A DNA stretch of 64,000 nucleotides, from NCBI GenBank assembly GCA_037443205.1, contig JBBIOU010000002.1, positions 118,849-182,848 of the forward strand. The letters are read 5' to 3'. Below are positions 1 to 10,438 of this stretch, piece by piece (the stretch's first letter is position 1; each line of letters starts with the position of its first letter). Under the pieces are notes generated by a model that did no database searches, was not told the DNA's origin, and saw only the letters and a program-made list of their open reading frames with translations. The DNA comes from Flavobacteriales bacterium (GTDB lineage Bacteria; Bacteroidota; Bacteroidia; Flavobacteriales_D; UBA2798). A program made the translations under genes and the position numbers.

Positions 1-2
1 CT

Positions 3-2360
3 GCTTTACTCTCTTCTACTTTTATAGGTGGTTCGGCCAATGATGGTGTAAATCATAACCTCAATTATTTATCAGGGGGCAACTGGACATCAAATGCCGA
101 CTCGCTGCAGTTTAATTACGGAGACCAGTTTCGAGGCGAAATTATGCTGGACGATTTAGGTAATGTTTATATTGCTTCTACCACCCGATCAGCTGATTTT
201 CCTACGGTTAATGCCCTGCAAAGCACCTTTGCCGGAATGCAAGATGCCATTGCTTTTAAAATGGATGCCAATTTGAGCAATCTTATTTGGAGTACTTATT
301 TGGGTGGCAGCAATAAAGACGCAGCCTATTCAATAAAAGTAGATGATAGCTACAATGCCTATGTTGCAGGAGGCACTATTTCTACCGATTTTCCGATTAC
401 TGCCGGAAGTTTAAATACAAGTTTTCAGGGAGGAAAAGCTGATGGATTTGTATGTAAAATATCGCCCACCGGAAACACTTTATTAAACAGTACTTTTATA
501 GGCACCACCCTTTACGACCAGGTGTTTTTTGTTGAACTAGACCGCTTTGGCGCAGTTTTCATTTTAGGACAAACCATGGGAAATTCAAATTATCCTGTTA
601 TCAATGTAAATTATTTCAACAACAATAGCTCTCAGTTTATTACCAAGCTCGATAACAACCTTAGCAGTATGATTTACTCTACCCGCTTTGGAAACGGTAA
701 TATTCAGCCTAATATTTCGCCTTCGGCTTTTTTAGTTGATGTATGCGGAAACGTTTATGTATCGGGCTGGGGAGCCAACATCCTGCAATCTAGCCCGCTA
801 AACAACATGCCTGTTACTGCCAATGCATTTCAGCCGGGCAATGGTGACGGCTTTAACTTTTATTTGATTGTGTTTGAAAGAAACATTCAATCCTTGCTAT
901 ATGCAACTTATTTTGGCGGAAACCAGGCCCGCGAGCATGTTGACGGGGGCACCAGCCGCTTTGATAAAAACGGCATTGTTTACCAATCGGTTTGTGCCGG
1001 ATGTGGCGGCTTTAGCGACTTTCCTACTACACCGGGCGCCTGGAGCAATACCAACAATTCAAGCAATTGCAATAATGGTGTATTTAAATTCGACTTCGAA
1101 ATTTCTCCGCAAGCAGATTTTACTACCGATATATTGGCCGGTTGCGCACCACTTACTGTACAATTTACCAATACCGGTAACGCAGGCAATTACTTTATGT
1201 GGGATTTCGGGAATGGTGATACCACCACACAAATTCTTAACCCAAGCTATACCTTTGCCGACACCGGAACATATATTGTTTATCTGATTGTAGAAGACAC
1301 TATTTGCGGGCTGCTCGATACAGCACAAAAAATTATCACCGTATATGATTCTTTAATTTTACAGGCCTCAAATGATACGGTGCTTTGCTTTCCACAAGCA
1401 TTGCAATTGTGGTCCACCTCTTTAGGTACAAGTACTAACTATCTCTGGTCATCTAATCCTAACATGATTCCGGTTATTACCACCGACAGCATACTAAACG
1501 CAAACATATTAAACGACACGGTGTTTTATGTTCAGGTATCTAATGCATGGTGCACCTATATTGATACTATCCATGTATATATTCCGCAGTTAGATATAAG
1601 CATCAATAATTTACCCGGAATATGTACCGGTGATACAGCCATACTCACGGTAACCAATCATACTCCTCAATTTCCGCTTATTTATAATTGGTATCCTGAT
1701 TCGGTAATTGTTTCGGGTGAAGGCACGGCAAACATACTTATCTCTCCCGACTATCCGGGATGGGTAGGCGTTGTTGGAACAACCGCAGAAGGATGTGTAG
1801 TTACCGACTCAATTTTTGTAAATGTAAACGGTCCCCCCAGCGGATTTGTAAACGCAACTGCCTCGCCCTATAATATACCGGCCGGAGGCAGTAGTCAGCT
1901 TAATGCACAACCCGCTGGATATACCTATTCCTGGACCCCGGCAGGCAGCCTTAATAACGCTAATATACAAAACCCTGTTGCTTCTCCGTCAGTAACAACT
2001 ATCTATACGGTAACTATCAGCAACAACGGTTGTTCATTAACCGACACCGTAATTGTAAGAATTCTTGAATTTATTTGTGATGAACCCAATATTTATGTAC
2101 CCAATGCTTTTACCCCCAACCATGACGGAGAAAATGACGTGCTTTATGTTCGCAGTTTTTTTGATATGGAAAGTTTTTTATTCAGAGTGTACGATCGCTG
2201 GGGCGAAAAAGTGTTTGAAACCAATAATAAGGCTATAGGCTGGGACGGAACCTTTAGAGGGCGCGACTGCGACCCTGCAGTGTTTGTGTATTACTTAGAA
2301 GCCAAGTGCCCGGGCGGACAGGAATATTTTAAAAAGGGCAACGTTACATTGATAAGATAA
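3..2360 (+). CDS. Secreted beta-propeller-repeat (SBBP-like) / PKD-domain surface protein with type-B T9SS (gliding-motility type) C-terminal domain; 5' end lies outside the window
   Basis: The frame is open with no stop from nt 3 to the first ATG at 144. The upstream residues (STFIGGSANDG...) continue the same repeat, so the gene is cut by the window edge. Repeats follow the pattern STYLGGSxKDxAYSI..NAYVAGGT.STDFP. A PKD-like stretch reads ADFTTD..CAPLTVQFTNTG..WDFGNGDT. The C-terminus YVPNAFTPNHDGENDVLYV..VYDRWGEKVFETNN..GWDGTFRG matches the type-B sorting domain pattern. Confidence 0.85.
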   Translation, partial: ALLSSTFIGGSANDGVNHNLNYLSGGNWTSNADSLQFNYGDQFRGEIMLDDLGNVYIASTTRSADFPTVNALQSTFAGMQDAIAFKMDANLSNLIWSTYLGGSNKDAAYSIKVDDSYNAYVAGGTISTDFPITAGSLNTSFQGGKADGFVCKISPTGNTLLNSTFIGTTLYDQVFFVELDRFGAVFILGQTMGNSNYPVINVNYFNNNSSQFITKLDNNLSSMIYSTRFGNGNIQPNISPSAFLVDVCGNVYVSGWGANILQSSPLNNMPVTANAFQPGNGDGFNFYLIVFERNIQSLLYATYFGGNQAREHVDGGTSRFDKNGIVYQSVCAGCGGFSDFPTTPGAWSNTNNSSNCNNGVFKFDFEISPQADFTTDILAGCAPLTVQFTNTGNAGNYFMWDFGNGDTTTQILNPSYTFADTGTYIVYLIVEDTICGLLDTAQKIITVYDSLILQASNDTVLCFPQALQLWSTSLGTSTNYLWSSNPNMIPVITTDSILNANILNDTVFYVQVSNAWCTYIDTIHVYIPQLDISINNLPGICTGDTAILTVTNHTPQFPLIYNWYPDSVIVSGEGTANILISPDYPGWVGVVGTTAEGCVVTDSIFVNVNGPPSGFVNATASPYNIPAGGSSQLNAQPAGYTYSWTPAGSLNNANIQNPVASPSVTTIYTVTISNNGCSLTDTVIVRILEFICDEPNIYVPNAFTPNHDGENDVLYVRSFFDMESFLFRVYDRWGEKVFETNNKAIGWDGTFRGRDCDPAVFVYYLEAKCPGGQEYFKKGNVTLIR

Positions 2361-2364
2361 TACA

Positions 2365-2970
2365 CTATTTAATGTAACTCCTAAGATACTCTTTGATGTA
2401 TTTGCCAATGATATCAAATTCAATATTTACTATATCGTTAGCTTTTAATTGTTTAAATGTAGTATTCTCATAAGTATAGGGAATGATGGCTACGGAAAAA
2501 ATATTTTTATCCGTGTTATGAATACAGTCGGCAACAGTTAAACTAACACCATTAACCGTAACAGAACCTTTTTTTACTAGGATATTACCCGGTCGGGCAT
2601 CATACTCAAAAGAAAATACATGGCTTCCGTTTTGTGGAGTTATTTCTATGCATCGCGCTGTTTGATCAATATGCCCTTGTACCACATGTCCGTCAAATCG
2701 TCCGTTTACTTTTACACATCTTTCAATGTTAACCAAGTCTCCTTTATTCAACTGTGATAAATTAGTAAGATTAAGTGTTTCTTTTATTGCTGTTACTTTA
2801 TAACACGTATCAAAAACATCAATAACCGTAAGACAAACACCATTGTGGGCTAAACTTTGATCTTTTTTCAGTTCATTGGTAAACGGACAGGTAAAAGTAA
2901 AGGTAATGTTATCCTGTTGTTTTTCGACAGCCACCACTTCGGCTATCGCTTCAATAATTCCGGTAAACAT
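2365..2970 (-). CDS. ribE: Riboflavin synthase (alpha chain)
   Basis: The N-terminus is MFTGIIEAIAEV. The length of 201 aa and the two internal lumazine-binding repeats (..GDLVNIE.. and ..NDIVNIEFD..) are typical of riboflavin synthase. Confidence 0.93.
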   Translation of the reverse strand: MFTGIIEAIAEVVAVEKQQDNITFTFTCPFTNELKKDQSLAHNGVCLTVIDVFDTCYKVTAIKETLNLTNLSQLNKGDLVNIERCVKVNGRFDGHVVQGHIDQTARCIEITPQNGSHVFSFEYDARPGNILVKKGSVTVNGVSLTVADCIHNTDKNIFSVAIIPYTYENTTFKQLKANDIVNIEFDIIGKYIKEYLRSYIK

Positions 2971-5654
2971 TATTTGCTTTTGTTTTCGTTTGTGTACAAA
3001 TGTACAAAACCATGTAAATCTACCGGGTCTGTTCCAGTAAGCCGTATAGTGTAAACTGTACAGGTATAATAATATACCCCGTCTGACAACATTTCTCCGT
3101 TGACCATATTTCTGCCATCCCAGTTAATGTTGGGGTCATTGGTTTCAAAAACTACCGTGCCCCAACGATTATATATTTTCAGGTCAATTTTTTCGACAAA
3201 TCTATACGGAAAAGGAATAAAGAAATCGTTTTGTCCATCGCCATTGGGGCTAAACACATTGGGCAAAAAATAAACCGGGCAATTATCGGTACAAACAACA
3301 TTGCTGGCAATACTTTCATTTCCGTATTGGGCTGAATCGGTAGCCGTAACATAATAACAACCTGCAACCGAAATATTATTTGAGTATATAAAAGAGGTGT
3401 CAAGAGCAGAGTTAAATGTTGCCAATATGCTAAATGCTCCATCTTGTGTAGGACTATAATATAGTGTGTATGACATTACATCATCCGCACAATAATTATT
3501 GGGATTAGTCCAGCTTATGTCATTAACCGGTATTTCGCAATTGCTTTCAATACTTAGGATAGGCGGACAAGGGGGGGTTAAATCAACCGGTGCCGAACAT
3601 AACTCTTGCGACCAGTTATAAAGTGTATCGGGTATTAAGGGAGATGAATATTTACCTGCACTTTTTACTCTATAGCAATAAGTAACTCCATTTATTAAAC
3701 CGGTATCGGTATATGATTTTTGTGTAGTTGTGCCTAAATAGATAAAATTATTTACCCCCGTTACCCGATAAACGTCATAGCGGAAATTATTCCACGGCAC
3801 ATTATGTTGCCAGGTAAGTGTAATTTGATTATCGGCAGGTGTGGCGCTTAAAAAAATGGATGAAGCATTGTTTGAAAAGCCATTGCCTGTAACACTATTT
3901 ATATCGCTGTATTCTAATTCCACGCGGTAATTGTGGGGTGTGTTGACTGTATTCAGATTATTTACCAGAAATTGTGTGGGTTGTAAATAAAGTAAATTAG
4001 TAGCCGTGGTTGTATGAATTAAAGTATTGGCCCCTGTAAAACCATCCGAACGGTATATTCTGTAAAAGAAACTCACTAAATTAGAAGTGTCCAGTTCTTG
4101 GGGGTGAACCCATACCAAAGTATCTACTCCATTGCTTACATCCGTTGCACCTACTGAAACTTTTGTAATAACAGGTACCGTCATCAGTATATGATCGCAA
4201 TCTTCATTACTGGGGCAGGATTCTGATCCGTCTTGCATATAAGCAGTAACTATATAGCAATAATCCTCTCCTAACACAAATGCGTTGTTGTCTATATAAG
4301 TGGTATTGTTATGTCCGTCAGCTACCCCAACAAAAGTATATCCCATTGCCAAAGCGGTATTATCATCGCAGCAGTTTGGTGGATTTGGACCATTACCCAA
4401 TTTGCGGTATATTTTATATCCTTTGATATTGTTGCATGCGCTTGGATTCCAGTTGAGCAACATGGTATTATTGGGTTGTAATACCACATTTAATCCTGTA
4501 ACAGCCGGTGGTAAAACTTTTATGTTAACTACAGCTATATTACTTTGCGAAATATTGGGGGGTGTTGGTATATCAGAACTGATAAATGTTAAGGGATATT
4601 CATATTTGCGAATATGGGTACAATTGGTATTCCAATTAAAATTTCGGCTGTGCGGACTGGTGCCTTGTGTGTTGCCAGAAAAAGTAGCAGGACTACTTTG
4701 TACAAAGAAAGGTTGACCAAAATTCTGAATGCTTACCGGATTATTGTTAGGATCGGTAGCTGTAACTGTAAAGTTTATATTAGCACCGGCTTCTACGCAA
4801 TAATCTTGTAAGGGAGTAATAACAGGCGCGTCATTTTGACAAAGGTTTAGCCCCACCACGGTTACCTGTAAATCTTGCATCACGTAACCCATATAAGCAT
4901 AAGTATTGTTAAATCTTTTCCATTGGATAACTTTGATAGCTATATTATACTCACCTATGATGGTAGGCATATCCCAGCAAATAATGCCTGTGGCATTATC
5001 AATGCTTATACTGCCCTGGTATCCGGGCGAATTGCCATTAGGACCATGGTTGTTGGGGTACCAATAGTTAGCTCCTGCCAGCATAGGCAGGCACTCACTA
5101 CCCGAAGGAGTAATTAACTCATACGACAAACTGTCTCCATCAGGATCGTATGCAGCGGGCGAATAACACCATTTTTTAAAGGGACATATTTGTATGGGGC
5201 AAGGCAAATCGTCTATTACAGGTGAAAAATTTGAGGATACAAAGGGTGAAATCACCAGTTCTGCTTTGATACAAAACTCTGTGTTTACCGAATTTTGTAT
5301 GTTTAATATTCCTGCATTACGGTTAGGGTCTAATACACTTAGGGTATAAGAACCATAACCCGGGTAGGTGTGCTCTCCTACATAATAATTCAGAGAATGG
5401 TTCGGCCCCGTGGGTGGATTTGTTAGTCTGTTTAATGTGTCTTTTTCACCATCTCCCCATTGTATTTCTATTTTAGGTCTGTCGGCAATATTTTGTCCTT
5501 CATTGGTGCAAATGATGATGGTGGCTTTATACCTCAACGGCTGACCGGCAACAGGCTCAAACAAAATCTGACCTCCGCGATTATGTGTAGCTAATACTTT
5601 TGGAAAAAAACCAATTATTAAGATCAATACTATTAATATCCGATTAAATATCAT
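2970..5654 (-). CDS. Large secreted surface protein (Ig/Fn3-like repeats) with type-B T9SS C-terminal domain
   Basis: The N-terminus is hydrophobic (MIFNRILIVLILIIGFFPKVLA). The C-terminus reads FLPNVFSPNGDGQNDFFIP..KIYNRWGTVVFETNDPNINWDGRN..SDGVYYYT. The protein is 894 aa and rich in N, T and S. Confidence 0.85.
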   Translation of the reverse strand: MIFNRILIVLILIIGFFPKVLATHNRGGQILFEPVAGQPLRYKATIIICTNEGQNIADRPKIEIQWGDGEKDTLNRLTNPPTGPNHSLNYYVGEHTYPGYGSYTLSVLDPNRNAGILNIQNSVNTEFCIKAELVISPFVSSNFSPVIDDLPCPIQICPFKKWCYSPAAYDPDGDSLSYELITPSGSECLPMLAGANYWYPNNHGPNGNSPGYQGSISIDNATGIICWDMPTIIGEYNIAIKVIQWKRFNNTYAYMGYVMQDLQVTVVGLNLCQNDAPVITPLQDYCVEAGANINFTVTATDPNNNPVSIQNFGQPFFVQSSPATFSGNTQGTSPHSRNFNWNTNCTHIRKYEYPLTFISSDIPTPPNISQSNIAVVNIKVLPPAVTGLNVVLQPNNTMLLNWNPSACNNIKGYKIYRKLGNGPNPPNCCDDNTALAMGYTFVGVADGHNNTTYIDNNAFVLGEDYCYIVTAYMQDGSESCPSNEDCDHILMTVPVITKVSVGATDVSNGVDTLVWVHPQELDTSNLVSFFYRIYRSDGFTGANTLIHTTTATNLLYLQPTQFLVNNLNTVNTPHNYRVELEYSDINSVTGNGFSNNASSIFLSATPADNQITLTWQHNVPWNNFRYDVYRVTGVNNFIYLGTTTQKSYTDTGLINGVTYCYRVKSAGKYSSPLIPDTLYNWSQELCSAPVDLTPPCPPILSIESNCEIPVNDISWTNPNNYCADDVMSYTLYYSPTQDGAFSILATFNSALDTSFIYSNNISVAGCYYVTATDSAQYGNESIASNVVCTDNCPVYFLPNVFSPNGDGQNDFFIPFPYRFVEKIDLKIYNRWGTVVFETNDPNINWDGRNMVNGEMLSDGVYYYTCTVYTIRLTGTDPVDLHGFVHLYTNENKSK

Positions 5655-6013
5655 TACAACGGCAAAATAATAAATTCTGAAACATTAAAACACTAATTTA
5701 TATAATTTATTTTATATGATTTTTATTTTTTTAACGAATGGTGCTGATTTTTGTTTTTGGTTCATGGTTATTGGTTTATGGTTATTTTATGCCTGATTAA
5801 CATTAATAATTTAACAAAACTAAGGTAACATTTGGATTATCTGCTCACAGGCGTAAATTATTTATCAGTGTGCGTAAGAAGAATTTATGGATAACGTAAA
5901 TTTTTGTCTCTTGCTTATGGCTTTCAAATTATCCGGAATTGAAAACATAATTTATCTACAAGCCAAATAAACTGGCGATTGCAGGTTTAAAAAGTGCAGA
6001 TAACTAAAAGTAT

Positions 6014-6021
6014 TACCTTTG
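6014..6021 (+). promoter_or_regulatory. Bacteroidota -7 box (TAnnTTTG) upstream of pdxA
   Basis: TACCTTTG lies about 14 nt upstream of the ATG at 6035. No Shine-Dalgarno sequence is present, as is usual for this phylum. Coordinates are hand-derived. Confidence 0.45.
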
Positions 6022-6034
6022 TAAAAAAAATCAG

Positions 6035-7105
6035 ATGTCTCAGCAGCAAAATAATTCTATCAAAATAGGCATAAGTATTGGCGATATAAATGGCATTGGC
6101 ATGGAAATAATTATGAAAACTTTTGCCGATAATCGTATATTAGAAAATATTACCCCAATAGTATATGGTTCAGGTAAAATTGCCTCTTATTATAAAAAAG
6201 CTTTAAACTTCAACGAGTTTAATTTTCATGTGGTAAATCACATCGAGGATATAAAGCCCCAAAAGGCAAATTTGTTGAATATTTGGTCAGATGAAGTTAT
6301 CATCAACATGGGGCAGGCCACCGAAAATAGCGCTAAATATGCTTTTCGCTCGCTCGAAGCTGCTGTAAAAGATTTAGCTGGCGGAAAAACAGATGCCTTG
6401 GTAACCGCTCCCATTAACAAAAAACTATTGCAAAGCGATCGTTTTAAATTTCCCGGACATACCGAGTATTTAGCAAACTTATCAAATGTTGATGAAGCCT
6501 TGATGATGATGGTGTCTGACAATCTGCGTGTTGGCCTGGTTACCGCACATATACCGCTTAGTCAGGTAAGTTCAACCCTTACAAAAGAAAAAATATTAAA
6601 CAAGATAAAAATGATGCACTCTTCTCTGCAGCGCGATTTTGGTATTGCCAAGCCTAAAATTGCTGTGTTAGGACTTAATCCGCATGCGGGCGAAGAGGGT
6701 TTGCTCGGTAAGGAAGAAAAAAACATCATCGAACCGGCAATCACTCAGGCATTTAATGCAGGTATTGTGGCCATTGGCCCTTATCCGGCAGATGGTTTAT
6801 TTGGTTCAGGCAACTTTAAAAATTTTGACGGCATCTTAGCTATGTATCACGATCAAGGGTTAACACCCTTTAAAACTCTGGCTTTTGATAATGGCGTAAA
6901 TTACACAGCCGGTCTGCCTATTGTACGCACCTCGCCCGACCACGGCACCGGATACGACATTGCCGGCAAGGGCATTGCCAACGAAAGCTCTTTCCGTAAT
7001 GCTGTGTTTTTAGCCAGAGATATTTACCTGCAACGCAAATGGCATAAACAAATAAGTGCAAATCCGCTGCAAAAACAACAAATAGCCATAGAAAAAGGCG
7101 AATAA
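6035..7105 (+). CDS. pdxA: 4-hydroxythreonine-4-phosphate dehydrogenase
   Basis: PdxA motifs are present: GDINGIGMEI, TAPINK, FPGHTEYLA, GLNPHAGEEG and SPDHGTGYDIAG. Confidence 0.93.
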   Translation: MSQQQNNSIKIGISIGDINGIGMEIIMKTFADNRILENITPIVYGSGKIASYYKKALNFNEFNFHVVNHIEDIKPQKANLLNIWSDEVIINMGQATENSAKYAFRSLEAAVKDLAGGKTDALVTAPINKKLLQSDRFKFPGHTEYLANLSNVDEALMMMVSDNLRVGLVTAHIPLSQVSSTLTKEKILNKIKMMHSSLQRDFGIAKPKIAVLGLNPHAGEEGLLGKEEKNIIEPAITQAFNAGIVAIGPYPADGLFGSGNFKNFDGILAMYHDQGLTPFKTLAFDNGVNYTAGLPIVRTSPDHGTGYDIAGKGIANESSFRNAVFLARDIYLQRKWHKQISANPLQKQQIAIEKGE

Positions 7106-7136
7106 ATATTTTTCTGCTCATCTCAATTAATTTTTT

Positions 7137-7144
7137 TAACTTTG
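7137..7144 (+). promoter_or_regulatory. Bacteroidota -7 box (TAnnTTTG) upstream of the yceD-like/rpmF/plsX/fabH cluster
   Basis: TAACTTTG lies about 18 nt upstream of the ATG at 7162. Coordinates are hand-derived. Confidence 0.4.
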
Positions 7145-7161
7145 CCGTTCATTTTCAAAGT

Positions 7162-7671
7162 ATGGGCAGGCACGATAACTACAGCATACAGTTTTCAGGC
7201 TTAAGTACAGGAACCCATCACTTTGATTTTGATGTTGAAGAAGCGTTCTTTGAACAGTTTAAAAATGATGAAATTAAAAACTCCCACATCTCAGTTAGTG
7301 TAGAACTGCAAAAGCATGCAAATATGCTGGAGTTGTTTTTTAACATACACGGAACACTAACAGTAATGTGCGATATTTGTATAGACGATGTGAACATCCC
7401 TATAACTAGCCGGGAAAAACTAATTGTAAAATTTAGTGAAGACACAGCCACACAGGATGAAATACTGACGCTGCCGCCCGGAGAGCACGAAATAAATATT
7501 GCACCTTATATTTATGAATTTGCTGTATTAGCCTTGCCGGCAAAACGAACACACACAGCAAACAATTGCAATAAAGAAATGATTAAAAAAATTAATGAGC
7601 ATACTAAAAAAGCTTCAACCCACGATACAGATCCGCGATGGGCAGCTTTAAAAAACATAAAGTTAAATTAA
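7162..7671 (+). CDS. DUF177 / YceD-like protein
   Basis: The protein is 169 aa and acidic, and sits immediately upstream of rpmF-plsX-fabH. This is the conserved yceD-rpmF-plsX-fabH arrangement. A cysteine pair occurs in VMCDICIDDV. Confidence 0.8.
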   Translation: MGRHDNYSIQFSGLSTGTHHFDFDVEEAFFEQFKNDEIKNSHISVSVELQKHANMLELFFNIHGTLTVMCDICIDDVNIPITSREKLIVKFSEDTATQDEILTLPPGEHEINIAPYIYEFAVLALPAKRTHTANNCNKEMIKKINEHTKKASTHDTDPRWAALKNIKLN

Positions 7672-7683
7672 AACTATTGAGCC

Positions 7684-7875
7684 ATGCCAAATCCTAAACG
7701 CAGACACTCAACCCAAAGAAGAGACAAAAGAAGAACACATTACAAAGCAGAAGCCAAAAATGTAGCTATTTGCCCAACCACCGGTGAACCTCATTTATTT
7801 CACCGTGCATACTGGTTAGACAATAAAATGTACTACAAAGGCAAAGTAGTAATTGATAAAACCACTGAAGCCTAA
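7684..7875 (+). CDS. rpmF: 50S ribosomal protein L32
   Basis: The N-terminus is [21 protein letters not shown], the length is 63 aa, and the genomic context fits. Confidence 0.95.
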   Translation: MPNPKRRHSTQRRDKRRTHYKAEAKNVAICPTTGEPHLFHRAYWLDNKMYYKGKVVIDKTTEA

Positions 7876-7917
7876 GGCTGTAAACCAAGCATATTCTGTC
7901 TCGTTTCTGAGGTGAAG

Positions 7918-8859
7918 ATGAGAATAGGTATAGATGTTTCAGGGGGCGATAATGCCCCTATGAGCAATATTAATGGTGCTTTGGAAGCAAGTAAAGAGCT
8001 TCCGGCAGATGTGGCATTGGTACTTATCGGAGACAAATCCCAAATACAACAGGCACTTCAGCAATCAGGCATTAATACTGATGCTTATGAAATTATACAT
8101 GCGCCCGATACCATCAGTATGCACGATCACCCCACGCAAGCTTTAAAACAAAAGCCACAATCAAGCATCTCTAAAGGCTTTGCACTGTTAAAAGAAAACC
8201 ATATTGATTGCTTTGCCAGTGCCGGAAATACCGGTGCCATGCTTGTGGGTTCAATCTACAGCGTAAACAATATACCCGGAGTAATCAGACCTTGTATTAC
8301 CTCTATTTTACCCAAACTGGAAGGCGGAGTAAATATTATTTTAGACGTAGGCTCGAATGCCGATTGCAAGCCCGATGTATTATATCAATTTGGCTTGTTA
8401 GGCTCGGTGTATGCCGAACAGGTATATGGAATAAAAAATCCCAAAGTAGGTTTGCTAAACATTGGCGAAGAACCCGAAAAAGGAAACCTGCTGGCTCAGG
8501 CAGCTCATAACCTGATGAAAAATAATGCGGATTACAACTTTATAGGCAATGTAGAAGGCCGCGATATATTCAGAAACAAAGCCGATGTAATAGTTTGTGA
8601 CGGTTTTACCGGAAATATAGTATTAAAAGAAGCCGAAGGCATATACTGGCTGATGCGTAAAAGAGGAATAAGCGATGAATATTTTGAAAGATACAATTAT
8701 GAACACTATGGCGGTACTCCGGTATTAGGCATCAACTCCAATGTAATTATCGGACACGGTATTTCAAATGCCCGGGCAATAAAAAACATGATACTTTTGT
8801 GCTATGATGTGGTTAAAGCCCGCTTATCCCAAAAAATAAAAGAAGCATTCTCAAAATGA
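7918..8859 (+). CDS. plsX: Phosphate acyltransferase PlsX
   Basis: The N-terminus is [14 protein letters not shown]. The motifs SAGNTGA and CDGFTGN are present. The track ORF begins at a GTG at 7912, but the ATG at 7918 is the more likely start. The 3' end overlaps the fabH start by 4 nt (ATGA). Confidence 0.93.
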   Translation: MRIGIDVSGGDNAPMSNINGALEASKELPADVALVLIGDKSQIQQALQQSGINTDAYEIIHAPDTISMHDHPTQALKQKPQSSISKGFALLKENHIDCFASAGNTGAMLVGSIYSVNNIPGVIRPCITSILPKLEGGVNIILDVGSNADCKPDVLYQFGLLGSVYAEQVYGIKNPKVGLLNIGEEPEKGNLLAQAAHNLMKNNADYNFIGNVEGRDIFRNKADVIVCDGFTGNIVLKEAEGIYWLMRKRGISDEYFERYNYEHYGGTPVLGINSNVIIGHGISNARAIKNMILLCYDVVKARLSQKIKEAFSK

Positions 8860-9839
8860 CAAAAATTACTGCTGCCATAACTGCTGTTGGAGGATACGTA
8901 CCTGATTACGTACTAACCAACGATGAGCTTTCAACCATGGTTGACACTTCGGACGAATGGATAAAAACACGTACAGGCATTTCCGAAAGAAGAATATTAA
9001 AAGGCGAAGGCACCTCTAAAATAGGCATAGAATCTATCAAACAAATTTGCCAGAAACGTAGCATCAGTCCTGAAGAAATTGATATGATTATTGTTGGCAC
9101 CATTACCCCGGATTACGGTTTTCCTTCTACATCCAACGTTATTTGCGATGCCATAGGCGCTAAAAATGCCTGGGGCTATGACATCTCGGCTGCCTGCTCG
9201 GGTTTTATCTATGCATTGGCTACCGGGGCACAATTTATAGAAACAGGTCGCTATAAAAAAATAATTGTTGTAGGTGCCGATAAAATGACCTCCATTCTGA
9301 ATTTTGAAGACCGAGCAACATGCGTAATTTTTGGTGATGGCGGTGGAGCTGTTTTGCTGGAACCTACCACTGATGGAACCGGAGTAATTGACTTTGTACT
9401 GAAAGCAGATGGTTCGGGCAGACAATACCTCTTACAACCGGCCGGAGGTTCGCTGATGCCGCCAACCCACGAAACCATTGATAAAAAACTACACTATGTA
9501 CATCAGGAAGGCAAAACCGTATTCAAATTTGCCGTAACCAACATGGCTGATGTGTCGGTAGAAATTATGCAAAGAAACCAACTCAAAGCCGAAGATATTG
9601 CCTGGTTGGTTCCGCACCAGGCTAATTTACGAATCATTGATGCTACTGCCGAAAGGATGGGTATAGACAAATCTAAAGTAATGATAAATATCGAAAAATA
9701 CGGCAACACTACTGCCGGCACCATACCTTTATTGCTTTGGGAGTGGGAAAATAAACTCAAAAAAGGTGATAACCTGGTTTTATCAGCCTTTGGCGGGGGC
9801 TTTACCTGGGGTAGCATTTATTTAAAATGGTCGTATTAA
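8856..9839 (+). CDS. fabH: 3-oxoacyl-ACP synthase III
   Basis: The active-site Cys context is [10 protein letters not shown]. The motifs VPHQANLRI and GNTTAGTIP are present. The protein is 327 aa. Confidence 0.95.
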   Translation: MTKITAAITAVGGYVPDYVLTNDELSTMVDTSDEWIKTRTGISERRILKGEGTSKIGIESIKQICQKRSISPEEIDMIIVGTITPDYGFPSTSNVICDAIGAKNAWGYDISAACSGFIYALATGAQFIETGRYKKIIVVGADKMTSILNFEDRATCVIFGDGGGAVLLEPTTDGTGVIDFVLKADGSGRQYLLQPAGGSLMPPTHETIDKKLHYVHQEGKTVFKFAVTNMADVSVEIMQRNQLKAEDIAWLVPHQANLRIIDATAERMGIDKSKVMINIEKYGNTTAGTIPLLLWEWENKLKKGDNLVLSAFGGGFTWGSIYLKWSY

Positions 9840-9881
9840 AAGAATTAACTATTTTTACCCCCTAACAAAATTTAATCGGAT

Positions 9882-10370
9882 ATGAATATAGAAGAAATAC
9901 AAGACCTGATAAAGTTTGTTGCTAAATCAGGCGTTAGCGAAGTTGAAATTGAAAAAAAAGATTTCAAGATTGTAATTAAAGCCGATAAAAAAGCAAAAAC
10001 AGAAACCATCGTGCCCGTTGCTCAGCCGGTTACCACATTGGCTGCCCAACCGGTTGTTCAACCTGTTGTAACAACCGTACAACCGCAGGCAGAAACCCCT
10101 AAAAACAATTCCGGTAGCGATGAATCTAAATATGTTACCATAAAATCACCTATGATAGGCACTTTTTATCGCTCGCCAGGGCCCGACAAACCCCCGTTTG
10201 TTAATGTAGGTGATGTTGTTAAACCCGGCTCTGTAATCTGCATCATCGAAGCCATGAAATTGTTTAACGAAATAGAATCAGACATTAGCGGTAAAATAGT
10301 AAAAGTATTGGTAGATGATGCTAAACCCGTTGAATACGATCAACCCCTGTTTTTAGTTGACCCTTCTTAA
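9882..10370 (+). CDS. accB: Acetyl-CoA carboxylase biotin carboxyl carrier protein
   Basis: The biotinyl-lysine motif IEAMKLFNEIE is present. A P/A/V/Q-rich linker precedes the C-terminal lipoyl-like domain. Confidence 0.95.
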   Translation: MNIEEIQDLIKFVAKSGVSEVEIEKKDFKIVIKADKKAKTETIVPVAQPVTTLAAQPVVQPVVTTVQPQAETPKNNSGSDESKYVTIKSPMIGTFYRSPGPDKPPFVNVGDVVKPGSVICIIEAMKLFNEIESDISGKIVKVLVDDAKPVEYDQPLFLVDPS

Positions 10371-10394
10371 AGCCACATCAATATAATTATAAAA

Positions 10395-10420
10395 ATGCTG
10401 CCCCAACCGGGTGGCATTTT
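10395..10420 (+). terminator. Hairpin plus short T-run between accB and accC (possible partial terminator or attenuator)
   Basis: ATGCTGCCC-caacc-GGGTGGCAT forms a 9-bp stem that includes two G-U pairs, followed by TTTT. accB and accC are normally co-transcribed, so termination is at most partial. Confidence 0.3.
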
Positions 10421-10438
10421 AATTAAAATACATACAAT

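Noticed and set aside
3571-3577. G7 (coding-strand C7) homopolymer inside the 894-aa surface-protein gene as a possible phase-variation tract
   Set aside because: The run is short and encodes a sensible TPP segment in frame. Without population or read data there is no evidence of length variation.
5716-5796. 26-codon hydrophobic mini-ORF (MIFIFLTNGADFCFWFMVIGLWLFYA) in the intergenic region
   Set aside because: T-rich DNA trivially encodes F/L/I-rich peptides. The ORF overlaps the heptamer repeat and has no supporting start context.
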